This document shows positions 52,192-61,200 of a stretch of DNA of 64,000 nt, in pieces. The DNA is from an uncultured Alphaproteobacteria bacterium (GTDB lineage: Bacteria > Pseudomonadota > Alphaproteobacteria > Rhizobiales > Xanthobacteraceae): assembly GCA_963839985.1 (NCBI GenBank), contig CAWIXG010000002.1:58758-122757 (forward strand), given 5' to 3'. The notes under the pieces were generated by a model. That model did no database searches. It had not been told where the DNA came from and saw only the letters and a list, made by a program, of their open reading frames with translations. Numbering within the stretch: the first letter of the stretch is position 1; every line of letters starts with the position of its first letter. Position numbers and translations under genes: made by a program.

Positions 52192-53043
52192 ATGAGCAAA
52201 CTGAAAATCGCATTCCAGGGCGAGCCCGGCGCCAACTCCGACATCGCGGCGCGCGAGGTCTATCCCGACTGCGAGCCGTTGCCCTGCGCGACCTTCGAAG
52301 ACGCGCTGGCGGCGATCCAGACCGGCAAGGCCGAACTCGGCATGATCCCGATCGAGAACTCGATCGCCGGACGGGTCGCCGACATCCATCATCTGCTGCC
52401 GCATGCCAAGCTGCACATCGTCGGCGAGCACTTCCTGCCGATCCATTTCAACTTGATGGCGCCGAAGGGCGCGACGCTGAAGACCGTCAAGTCGGTGGAA
52501 AGTCACATCCATGCGCTCGGCCAGTGCCGACGCTTCATCCGCAAGCATCACTACAACGCGGTGATCGCCGCCGACACCGCGGGGGCGGCGCGCCATATCG
52601 CGCAGGCCGGCGACATCACGCGCGCGGCGCTCGCGCCGAAGCTCGCCGCCAAAATCTACGGCCTCAAGGTGCTGGCCGAGAACGCCGAGGATGAGGATCA
52701 CAACACGACGCGCTTCGTGATCCTGTCGCGCAAGGAGAAGCGCGCGCGGCCCGGCAACGGCCTGGTGGTGACGACCTTCGTGTTTCAGGTGCGCAACCTG
52801 CCGGCCGCGCTGTACAAGGCGCTCGGCGGCTTCGCCACCAACAGCGTGAACATGACCAAGCTCGAAAGCTACATGATCGAGGGCAATTTCTTCGCCACGA
52901 TGTTCTACGCCGACGTCGAGAGCCATCCGGACGAGGCGCCGCTCAGGCGCGCACTCGAGGAGCTGGAATTCTTCTCGCAGCCCGGCTCGCTCAAGATCCT
53001 CGGCGTCTATCCGGGCAACGCCAAGTATCGATCCTCGAAGTAG
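52192..53043 (+). CDS. pheA: prephenate dehydratase
   Basis: ATG 52192. KIAFQGEPGANSD, the TRF motif (NTTRFVIL), and a C-terminal ACT domain. Confidence 0.9.
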   Translation: MSKLKIAFQGEPGANSDIAAREVYPDCEPLPCATFEDALAAIQTGKAELGMIPIENSIAGRVADIHHLLPHAKLHIVGEHFLPIHFNLMAPKGATLKTVKSVESHIHALGQCRRFIRKHHYNAVIAADTAGAARHIAQAGDITRAALAPKLAAKIYGLKVLAENAEDEDHNTTRFVILSRKEKRARPGNGLVVTTFVFQVRNLPAALYKALGGFATNSVNMTKLESYMIEGNFFATMFYADVESHPDEAPLRRALEELEFFSQPGSLKILGVYPGNAKYRSSK

Positions 53044-53118
53044 CCACGGCTCAGCTGATTCTAGCCGATCCCGGCGCGGCCACGTTAAGGTGAACTGGCG
53101 CGAATCACGGAGGTGCCG

Positions 53119-53442
53119 ATGGCCACTGCAGAACGGAAAGTCCGCCGCACGCTGCACTTCCGCTTCACCATGCCGTCGGCGGACCCGACGCAGCTCCTCT
53201 CCTTCGTCAACGCCTCGAAGCCGTTCTACGAGATGCTCGGCGGCACCGAGGTGCGGCTGATCCAGAATGTCGACGACCCGGCAAAATTCATCCAGGTGAT
53301 CGAATACGAGACGCAGGAGTCGATGGAGATCAACCGCGCGCGCATCGCCGGCGACATGCGGCTGCAGACGTATCTGCAGGCCTGGCGCGCGATCCTGCCC
53401 GGCGGCGTCGAGATCGACGTGTTCAAGGATGTGGAGCCGTAG
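53119..53442 (+). CDS. small ABM/ferredoxin-fold-like protein (hypothetical)
   Basis: GGAGG is followed 6 nt later by ATG 53119. The protein is 107 aa: RRTLHFRFTMPSADPTQLLSFVNASKPFYEMLGGTEVRLIQNVDDPAKFIQVIEYETQESME. Its pattern resembles antibiotic-biosynthesis-monooxygenase-type domains. The family call comes from pattern only. Confidence 0.55.
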   Translation: MATAERKVRRTLHFRFTMPSADPTQLLSFVNASKPFYEMLGGTEVRLIQNVDDPAKFIQVIEYETQESMEINRARIAGDMRLQTYLQAWRAILPGGVEIDVFKDVEP

Positions 53443-53467
53443 CCGGCTCTTTGCGACTGAGTGCAGG

Positions 53468-56400
53468 CTATTCGCGCAGCCGCTGTTCGATTTTGCCGCG
53501 ATCCGCGGGGTTCAGCCGGCGCAGGCGAGACCTGGCGGCATCTGCCAGCGTGTCGTCTCTCAGTCCGGGAATGTCCCACAATTCATTCCAGACATGCTGC
53601 CAGTCGACCCGCGCGTCCCGGCCGGCAAGCCACGCGCGCGCGGCCGATACGAGAGACTCGCGCGGATTCGACGACGCGGCTTGCGCTTCACGCCAGAGCG
53701 TCAGCCATACGTGCGCCCATCGCGGATGCACCTTAACGATCCGGCCCAACCACCCCTCGCCCAATGTTGCAAGACCGCCGCGATACGGCGTGTGGCCCGC
53801 AACGGTTTCCTCCCAGAGGATTCTCCAGACGGACGTCCAGCCAAATTGTTTGAGGTCGTATGCGGCGAGCCAGTCCTTGGCCTGTTGCGCCAGGACATCG
53901 CGCCTGGGCGGATCTCCTTCCGCGTCGTTCCATTGCATTTCCCAGGCGTCCTTCCATTGGTAGGGGTGCGCGCCGCCATCCCGCGGCGGCTCCGACAAGT
54001 CCTCGAGCCACGGCCCTCCGAGCGCACGCAGTCCGGCGTCGGTCTTGTCGGATTCACGCCAAAGCTCCTGCCAGACATATTTCGCTCCCTCCAGGGTCGC
54101 CGGCGCCTGAGGCAGCCATTTGCGCGCGCAGGCGCGAAGGTCGTCATCCGCCTGCGCTTGCCAAAGCGCCAGCCACACGTATCCCCAGGAGGTGGGGTCG
54201 GCGGAAGGCTGGTCGAGCCACGCACGCGCGCGCGCGCGAAAATCCGCATCCGGCTGTGCCTGCCAAAGCGCCCTCCAGACGAACGACCATGACCTGTGTT
54301 TGGCGGCTGCCTCGTCGAGCCACGCGCGCCCGCGGGCGCGAAGATCGTCGTCCGCCCGCGCCTGCCAAAGCTCCTGCCAGACAAATCCCCAGCTGTCGTG
54401 GTTGACGGATGCTTCGTCGAGCCATCTGCGCGCGCGCGAGCGAAGATCCTCATCCGCCCGCGCTTGCCAAAAGGCCTTCCAGACGAATGCCCAGGAAGCG
54501 TGGTCGACGGACACTTCGTCGAGCCATCTGCGTCCGCGGACACGAAGATCCTCATCCGCCTGCGCCTGCCAGAGCGCCAGCCAGACGTATCCCCAGGAGG
54601 GGTGGTCGGTGGACGCCTGGTCGAGCCACGCACGCCCACGGGTGCGAAGGTCGTCATCCGCGCGCGCTTGCCAGAGCGCCTGCCAGACGTATTGCCAGGA
54701 CCCGTGGTCGGCGGATGCCGCGTCGAGCCACGCGCGCCCGCTGGCGCGAAGATCGTCATCCGCCTGCGCCTCCCAAAGCGCCAGCCAGACGTATCCCCAG
54801 GAGACGTGGTCGGCGGGGACTTCGCCGAGCCATGCGCGCCCGCGGGCGCCCAGACCATCATCCGCATGCGGATGCCAGAGCGCCTGCCAAACTAAGGCCC
54901 ATGAGGCGCGATCGGCAGCCGCTTCGTCGAGCCAGGCGCGTCCGCAGGCGGTGAGATCGTCATCCGCCCGCGCTTGCCAGAGCGCCAGCCATATGAAAGC
55001 CCACGCGCTGTGGGCGGCGGAGACCGCGCCGAGCCACGCGCGGGCGCGGGCGCGAAGATCCTCATCCGCCTTTGCTTGCCATAGCGCTTGCCAGACATAT
55101 CGCCACGAACCGTGATCGGCAGACGCTTCGCCGAGCCACCTGCGCCCACGTTCGCCGAGATCGTCATCCGCCTGCGCTTGCCAGAGCGCCTCCCAGATGA
55201 ATCCCCAGGAGTCGTGACCTGCGGACGCTTCGTCGAGCCACGTGCGCCCGCGGGCGCGCAGATCCTCATCCGCCTTCCCTTGCCAGAGCGCCTCCCAGAT
55301 GAACCCCCAGGAATCGTGGCCGGCGGATACTTGATCGAGCCACGTGCGCGCACGGGCGCGAAGATCCTCATCCGCCCGCCCTTGCCAAAGCGCTTGCCAG
55401 ACAAATGCCCAGCCGTCGTGGTCGGAGAACGCTTCGTCGAGCCACCTGCGCGCTCGAGCCCGCAGACCGTCGTCGGCCTTGTTCGAATCCGCCCAGAGCC
55501 TTTCCCAGACGCGGTCCCAACCGACTGTGTCCGGCCTCGATGCGTCCAGCCAATCTCTGGCGATCCGCGTGGACTGGGCTCGATCACTTCCGGGCGCGCC
55601 ATGCAGTCTTTCCCACACGTGGCTCCAGGAGGAATGATCCGGCTGAACGCGCAGGAACGTCCACGCGCGCAGATTTGTCTCCTCGCAAGGTTCGAACGCA
55701 TCGGCGAAATTGGTAAAAATCCCAGGCCAATTCGGATCGCTTGCAAGCGCGGCATTGAGCCACGATAAAATGACCCGGCGCGCCGCCAGCCGGTCCGATT
55801 GGGCAAAGCAAGCCGCGACCAATCGTCGGGTGGTGAGTTTGTTGCATTCCCGGACCACAAAATCCGTGACCGGGCCTTCAATGTCGGTGATGCCGATCAG
55901 TATCAGGTAGTCCGTGGCCAGCGGACCCCATTCGCGCCAGCCGGGATACTTCATCAACACCTGGGCGACGATGGATGCGGCGTCCGGAAGCAAGTCGCGA
56001 TGTTGCAAAAGCTTGTGACACGACAGCCGGAAACCGGACGCCTGTTCTTCAGCCGTACGCACTGCGGCTCCGATGCATTCGATCGGCCGTGGCTGAAGAT
56101 TGAGGTCCAGTTGCCGGTCGAGATCCGCCCATACCGGCAGGTCCGCCAGCAAATTCGGCGATTGGATGAATTGCGCCTGATAAATATCGACCAGCAGTTC
56201 GCGCAACTCCGGCTCGACCACGGCGATCCGCTGTCGCGTTTCGGTGCTCGCCCGCGCTCGATCGGAGGTCAGCCGCGCCGCCGCCCATAAAGGAGCCAGC
56301 CGCCGCGATGGCGCGCCTCCGGAGTTCAATGCGGCGTAAATGCCGGCGCGCAAGTGCGCCTTGCGATAGCGCCGCCGGTCCGCCCCGCCGAACCAGGCGA

Positions 56401-56857
56401 TATAGATCGCATTGGCAAGGTGCGGGTGGGTCAAGCGGTAGCCGGCTTTGTCGGCGTCGAACGAGAGATGCCGCTCCAGACCTTTCAACCGGTCGAACGC
56501 CGCGCCGAGTTGGGGGTCGCGTTCCAGTTCGTCATCGATCGATTGTGCCGGGAAGAGCGCATAGAGGCGGTTCATCGACAGGATCTCGGCGATCAGGTCG
56601 AAGATCGTCCGCGACGAAGCCCCTTTTCTTTCCATCCCTTCCAGGCGCCTGCGGAAGCTCGCTGCGAATTCCGGCAGCGGTTCGCCGGTTGCCCACTCGA
56701 AGAACAACTGGACAATGAGAACATTGCCCGCGTCGCCCACGGGCAGATCCGTTTTGCCGGTGCGCCGCCGGTACCATTCCTTTAGCTCATCGATGTCGTC
56801 GAGCGTCTCCAGAAAGTCGGGCGGCGACTTCTCCAGGAGTACGCGATCGACCAGTCA
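53468..56857 (-). CDS. STAND locus fragment C: helical/winged-helix region and ~20 Trp-rich helical repeats
   Basis: The ORF track starts this ORF at GTG 56740, but the frame is open and protein-like back to 56857, directly after an in-frame TGA. A GYRLTHPHLANAIY (MHD-like) segment is followed by repeats of consensus WgfvWqALWqaqADdDLRaRGRaWLDeasadHdS. Confidence 0.7.
54086..55411 (-). repeat. 13 tandem in-frame 102-bp (34-aa) coding repeats, core of the Trp-rich array
   Basis: Counting from GTG 56740, the first Trp of each unit falls at residues 444, 478, 512, 546, 580, 614, 648, 682, 716, 750, 784, 818 and 852. That is an exact 34-residue period with no indels. Degenerate units continue on both sides (about 53540-55627). 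Confidence 0.9.
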
Positions 56858-57216
56858 TTCTGGAAATATTCCATCTGCTCGGTTGGCCCACAGCAAACCA
56901 TCGCCGGTCGCGGAGCATCCGGATACGCAACCGTGATCGAATCGAGCTCACGCAGCGAGTTCTCGATTGCGGCGGCGACGCGCTGTGAGCGTTCGGCCGT
57001 GTAAGGGTCGTCCGAGGCAAATATGACGTCCTGGCGCCTGGCGAAAAACGGACGCGCCCACCGGACGGCCTCCGCGAGGCGGTCTGCCTGGTCGCCCAGC
57101 CAGATGACGATGCGCCGATCGTCCTCGCTGTGGATATTGGCGAGGAGATGAAGCAAGGCGACGCTCTTTCCGGCGCCCGACGGGCCTGAGATCCACCAGA
57201 CGGGGAGTTCGGGCAT
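56782..57216 (-). CDS. STAND locus fragment B: P-loop NTPase core
   Basis: Walker A is WWISGPSGAGKSVALLHLL and the candidate Walker B is RQDVIFASDDPY. The last ~22 codons (SIAYSWRSRRPTFWRRSTTSMS) look out of frame. Confidence 0.65.
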   Translation of the reverse strand: MPELPVWWISGPSGAGKSVALLHLLANIHSEDDRRIVIWLGDQADRLAEAVRWARPFFARRQDVIFASDDPYTAERSQRVAAAIENSLRELDSITVAYPDAPRPAMVCCGPTEQMEYFQNDWSIAYSWRSRRPTFWRRSTTSMS

Positions 57217-58051
57217 CGGTGGTTGCCTGCCGGTTGGCGAACCATGTTTCGACGTCGCCGTGGAGCGTTTTGTAGAAAGCGCGCGGAGCGAACCGCCCTT
57301 CCATCAGGTGGATCCGCGTCGGGAGCTGCCCGGTCAGGGTCGCCTTCCGGCGGTCGAGTTCGAGCCGTGCTTCCGCGGGCGGCCGGTCGGTGGCCTGCCA
57401 AATGTAGAACCGGTGCGCGAGCTCACGCGCCGCAGTTGCAAGCGCATCGAGCTCGACGATGATCGACCGGCAGCTTGCATCGAGTCCTTCGGGCGTTGGA
57501 TTGGCGAGAAGCCGGCCGATCCATTTCTCGACGGTCGCGAACGGATCGCCGGCGCCGAATGCATTCACCAGATGGATCGCAAGTGCATGTAGCGGATCGG
57601 CCTCCACGCGAACGGACACGCGGCGGCGAAACGCATCGAGGGCGGATTCGGCGACCTCGCCGCCGGGTCGCCAGCGCGCCAGCGCGGACTCGACGTCGCG
57701 CAGGATTTTCCTCGACGTGAGCACGCAATAGCGCAGTTGAGGCGCGATACTGAGCGCTTCTTCGGAGGCCAGGACATCGATCTCCCACAGCTCCTTCAGC
57801 GCCTTTTGCATCGCGCCGGAGTGGAGCGAGAGCTTCGCCTGGGTGACGACGAGATAGCCGCCCTCCGTGCTCACGATGTCGGAAAGCGCCTCGACGAAAA
57901 CGTTCGACTGATCCGGCGCACCCGTCTTGCGGGCGAGTTGCAGCAGCGCGGCGGCCAATTGAAACTGGAATCCCTCGATGGAGGCCAGCCCGCCCGCCCC
58001 CTCGCGCCGCAAGCCCCACTTCCGTCGCAGGTGGTCGAATTCAGCCCACAT
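56948..58051 (-). CDS. STAND locus fragment A: Cap4/DUF4297-like PD-(D/E)xK nuclease domain plus linker
   Basis: ATG 58051 within ORF 56948..58117. GAGGLASIEGFQFQLAAALLQLARK...VFVEALSDIVSTEGGYLVVTQAKLS. The last ~85 codons (after ~57213) are Arg/Pro-rich out-of-frame read-through. Confidence 0.65.
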   Translation of the reverse strand: MWAEFDHLRRKWGLRREGAGGLASIEGFQFQLAAALLQLARKTGAPDQSNVFVEALSDIVSTEGGYLVVTQAKLSLHSGAMQKALKELWEIDVLASEEALSIAPQLRYCVLTSRKILRDVESALARWRPGGEVAESALDAFRRRVSVRVEADPLHALAIHLVNAFGAGDPFATVEKWIGRLLANPTPEGLDASCRSIIVELDALATAARELAHRFYIWQATDRPPAEARLELDRRKATLTGQLPTRIHLMEGRFAPRAFYKTLHGDVETWFANRQATTDARTPRLVDLRPVGRRKERRLASSPRQYPQRGRSAHRHLAGRPGRPPRGGRPVGASVFRQAPGRHICLGRPLHGRTLTARRRRNRELAA

Positions 58052-58195
58052 TCCGTGCCGTCCGCTGACGCGCGCACCGAAAGTGTATCGACTCGTAGTT
58101 GAATGGGCCAGCAGCAAGGGCGCGGCCGGATATCGCGACGCCGCAGGCGGATCCGGCGCGATACAGCCGCGGCGCTGCCTTCGCCAGCGGCGCGG

Positions 58196-59479
58196 CTACA
58201 CGCCGAAAATCTTCGGCAGGAACGTGGACAGCGGCGGGATGTAGCTGATCAGGATCAGCACGGCGACGTTGGTCAGGATGAACGGCAGGATCCCGGCGAC
58301 CACCGCTTCCATCGGCCGGTTGAGCGTCGACGCCGCGACCGCAAGGTCGAGCCCAAGCGGCGGCATGATCATGCCGGTACAAACATTGAGCGTGACGACC
58401 ATGCCGAAATGCACCGGGTCGATACCGAGCGCGGCGGCGACCGGGAACAGGGTCGGCAGGAAGATGACCATGATCGAATTGGGATCGAGGAACATCGCGC
58501 AGGCGAGAAAGATGACGTTCACGACCATCATGAACACGACCCAGTTCACGCCGCCATCGCGCACCAGCGCGAGCACCGCCCGGTCGACGCCCGACAGCGT
58601 GATGAAGAAGGCGAGCAGCGCACCCATCGCCAGCAGGATGAAGATCACGCCGGTCGAGATCGCGCTGTCCTTGGCGATATCGAACACATCGCGCCAGCCG
58701 AAGGCGCGAAAGATCAGCACCTCGACGCCGATCGCGTAGACGACGGAGACAGCCGCGGCTTCGGTCGCGGTGAACACCCCGGAGAAAATCCCGACCAGCA
58801 GGATCACCTGCATCAGCAGCGCCCAGAACGCGTCGCGGAACGCCTTCCACCGCGCCGCGCCCGAATAGCGTTCGCCGACCGCGGCGCCGACGCGCCAGGC
58901 TTCCAGCGCGACCAGCACCATGAAGGCGAGGCCGAGAACGATCCCGATGACGAGGCCGGCGGCGAACAGCGCGGCGATCGACGTCCCGGTCAGCCAGCTG
59001 TAGACCACGAAGGTGATCGAGGGCGGGATCAGCAGCGCGCATTCGGCGCTCGATGCGATCAGCCCGAGGCTGAATTTCTCGGAAAATCCGGCGCGCTTGA
59101 GCTCGGGAAACGACAGCCGCCCCATCGCGGCGACGGTCGCGGGCGCGGAACCGGCGGCGGCGCCGAACACCATGCAGGTGACGACCGTGGAATGACCGAT
59201 GCCGCCGCGGTAGTGCCCGACCAGCGCCCGGAACAGCTCGGCAAGCTGCGCCGCCATGCGGCCGCGCGCCATCAGGTCCGAGGCGAAGACGAAGAACGGG
59301 ATCGCGAGCAGCGTCACGACCTCGACGCCACCGACCACGCGCTGCCCGATGATCAGGTCGGGCATGTGCGGGTGGAAGATGTGCTTGGCGAGAACCGCCG
59401 GAAGGCCGATGACGAGAAATATCTCGGTGCCCGCGATCAGCAGCGCGACGGCGAACACGATCAGCAGCAGAACGATCAT
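58196..59479 (-). CDS. dctM: TRAP transporter large permease
   Basis: 427 aa, polytopic, DctM-family sequence (MIVLLLIVFAVALLIAGTEIFLVIGL...). Confidence 0.9.
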   Translation of the reverse strand: MIVLLLIVFAVALLIAGTEIFLVIGLPAVLAKHIFHPHMPDLIIGQRVVGGVEVVTLLAIPFFVFASDLMARGRMAAQLAELFRALVGHYRGGIGHSTVVTCMVFGAAAGSAPATVAAMGRLSFPELKRAGFSEKFSLGLIASSAECALLIPPSITFVVYSWLTGTSIAALFAAGLVIGIVLGLAFMVLVALEAWRVGAAVGERYSGAARWKAFRDAFWALLMQVILLVGIFSGVFTATEAAAVSVVYAIGVEVLIFRAFGWRDVFDIAKDSAISTGVIFILLAMGALLAFFITLSGVDRAVLALVRDGGVNWVVFMMVVNVIFLACAMFLDPNSIMVIFLPTLFPVAAALGIDPVHFGMVVTLNVCTGMIMPPLGLDLAVAASTLNRPMEAVVAGILPFILTNVAVLILISYIPPLSTFLPKIFGV

Positions 59480-59488
59480 GCCGCAGCC

Positions 59489-59986
59489 CTACACATGATG
59501 CACCGGATCGACCTCGACGGCGAAACGGTCGGCCGGCGTGACGATCTCGAGCAGGTAGCGCAGCGCCAGAAGGCCGAAGCCGAGCGGCATCACGATATAG
59601 AGCCAGAGCATCGAGATATTCAGCGTCGGGCTGGTCTGGCCCGATTTCGCGACGAAGATCGTGATGTCGACGCCGATCTTGGCGAGATAGGCCGTGAACG
59701 CGAGCCCCGCGAGATTGATGACGAGCTTGGCGGCGCGCTGGCCCGTGGGCGGCATGCGCGTCAGCACCATGCGCATCGCGATGTGCCGGCCGCCTTCCAG
59801 GCCAAGCCCGAGCCCGAGGAAGATCATCCAGACCAGGCCGAAGAGGCACACCTCCTCGATCCAGGCGAGCTGCGGCGCCAGGACCGGGATGAGCTCGCGC
59901 ACGGCGACATTGAAGGTGTAGGCAAACGACATCGCCAGCATGATGGCACCGAGAACGATGCCCTCGATGCCGCGCAGCGTCTTCAT
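59489..59986 (-). CDS. dctQ: TRAP transporter small permease
   Basis: 165 aa with four TM helices, positioned between dctP and dctM. Confidence 0.85.
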   Translation of the reverse strand: MKTLRGIEGIVLGAIMLAMSFAYTFNVAVRELIPVLAPQLAWIEEVCLFGLVWMIFLGLGLGLEGGRHIAMRMVLTRMPPTGQRAAKLVINLAGLAFTAYLAKIGVDITIFVAKSGQTSPTLNISMLWLYIVMPLGFGLLALRYLLEIVTPADRFAVEVDPVHHV

Positions 59987-59994
59987 CGAGGCAC

Positions 59995-61029
59995 TCAGAA
60001 ACCGAGCTTCTTGCGTTCCTCGTCGTACACCGCGAGCACCTTCGCGCCCTCCGCGCCGGCGCGCTCCGCGTACGTGGCGCGCGCCTTCGGCGCCATCGCG
60101 TCGCGCAGCGCCTTGCGCTCGATCTCGTCGGCGACGCGCACGCTGAGCTTCGCGGCCTTGATCGTCTCGATCGAGGTGTTCTGTACCGCTTCCTTCATCT
60201 CCTCGACCTGCGGGCGCATCTCGTCGAACGCCTTGGCGATGATGTCGCGCTGCTCGGGGCTGAGCTTGTTCCAGAACGCGTTGCTGAACAGCACGATGTC
60301 TTCCATCGCGCCGTGCTCGGTCACCACCATGTGCTTCTGCACCTCGTGGAATTTCATGGTGGTGATGGTGTCGATCGGATTCTCCTGTCCGTCGATCAGG
60401 CCGGTCTGCAGCGAGGTGTAGAGCTCGCTGAAATTGATCGCGATCGCGGTCGCGCCGACGGCGGCGAACTGGTCGATCAGGATCTTCGAATCCATCACGC
60501 GGAACTTCTGCCCCTTGAAGGCTTCGAGGTTGGCCAGTGGCTTATTCGAGGTCAGGCTCTTGCGCCCGTTCGGCCAGATGCTGAGCGCATGGACGCCGCG
60601 GCTCGCAAAGCTTGCCAGCAGTGCCTTGCCGAAGGGACCCTCGCGCAGCTTCTGCGACAGCGCCCGGTCGGTCGGGAAGATGTAGGGGATATCCAGCACC
60701 GAAATGACCGGATTGAAGCCGCCGAGGAACGCCGCCGGCATCACGGTGCCCTCGATGCCGCCGAACTGCGTGCTCTCGATCATCTGGCGCGCATTGCCGA
60801 GCTGCGAGGACGGATAGAGCTGGAACTCGACCGCGCCCTTGGTGCGCTCCTTCACCAGCGCGGCAACCTTTTCGAGGCCCTTGTGGCGGGGCTGGGTCGG
60901 CGCCTCGAGGTGCCCGATGCGGGCCGTGATGGTACCCTGTGCGCTGGCAGAACCCGCAAGGCCGCCGATCCAGCCGGCGACCGCTCCCGACACGCCGAGC
61001 TTCAGCACGTGGCGTCTATTGTGACTCAT
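59995..61029 (-). CDS. dctP: TRAP transporter substrate-binding protein
   Basis: ATG 61029 follows GGGAGGG. The Tat-like signal is MSHNRRHVLKLGVSGAVAGWIGGLAGSASA, and the body is DctP-family. Confidence 0.88.
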   Translation of the reverse strand: MSHNRRHVLKLGVSGAVAGWIGGLAGSASAQGTITARIGHLEAPTQPRHKGLEKVAALVKERTKGAVEFQLYPSSQLGNARQMIESTQFGGIEGTVMPAAFLGGFNPVISVLDIPYIFPTDRALSQKLREGPFGKALLASFASRGVHALSIWPNGRKSLTSNKPLANLEAFKGQKFRVMDSKILIDQFAAVGATAIAINFSELYTSLQTGLIDGQENPIDTITTMKFHEVQKHMVVTEHGAMEDIVLFSNAFWNKLSPEQRDIIAKAFDEMRPQVEEMKEAVQNTSIETIKAAKLSVRVADEIERKALRDAMAPKARATYAERAGAEGAKVLAVYDEERKKLGF

Positions 61030-61200
61030 AAGCCCTCCCAGGCGCCCGCAATCGGGATCGCACCAAACAGTCATTGTTCCTCACTCCGCCACCCGCTTCA
61101 ACGACGAAGCGCCGCCTGCCCCGATACCTTGTGGAAACAATGCGGATCGGCCGCGCCGCCGGCCGGTATTTCGTCACAGTTCTTGTGATACCACAGAGGC

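Larger units (their letters stand above)
53468..58051 (-). pseudogene. Avs/NLR-like STAND NTPase: Cap4(DUF4297)-like nuclease + P-loop NTPase + Trp-rich 34-aa repeat solenoid; split by two apparent 1-nt frame changes
   Basis: Three abutting or overlapping minus-strand ORFs have sensible parts that join end to end. The join sites are ...DVETWFANRQATTDA | ELPVWWISGPSGAGKS... near 57211-57214 and ...GPTEQMEYFQNDW | LVDRVLLEKSPPDFLETLDDIDELKEWYRRR... near 56845-56860. Past each junction the old frame turns into Arg/Pro/Ser-rich noise. See findings. Confidence 0.7.

Noticed and set aside
54086-55411. Considered whether the 102-bp tandem periodicity could be a CRISPR array or a non-coding satellite.
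   Set aside because: There is no repeat-spacer alternation. The units abut directly, stay in one open reading frame for over 1 kb, and vary mostly at specific codon positions. No cas genes are present.
53701-55881. Repetitive ORFs on both strands over the STAND repeat array: 53701..54867 (-), 54892..55881 (-), 54120..55115 (+), 54296..54895 (+), 54409..54954 (+), 55088..55768 (+).
   Set aside because: They are periodic only because they are alternative-frame readings of the 102-bp coding repeats. Their composition is Arg/Ser/Pro/Gly noise. The Trp-rich frame alone is continuous with the NTPase region.
53043-58195. Looked for mobile-element hallmarks around the STAND gene: integrase or transposase genes, a tRNA target, flanking direct repeats.
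   Set aside because: None was seen by eye, and the flanks run straight into pheA/ABM-like and dctM. I therefore do not call a genomic island or mobile element. The insertion idea remains an inference to test by comparative genomics.
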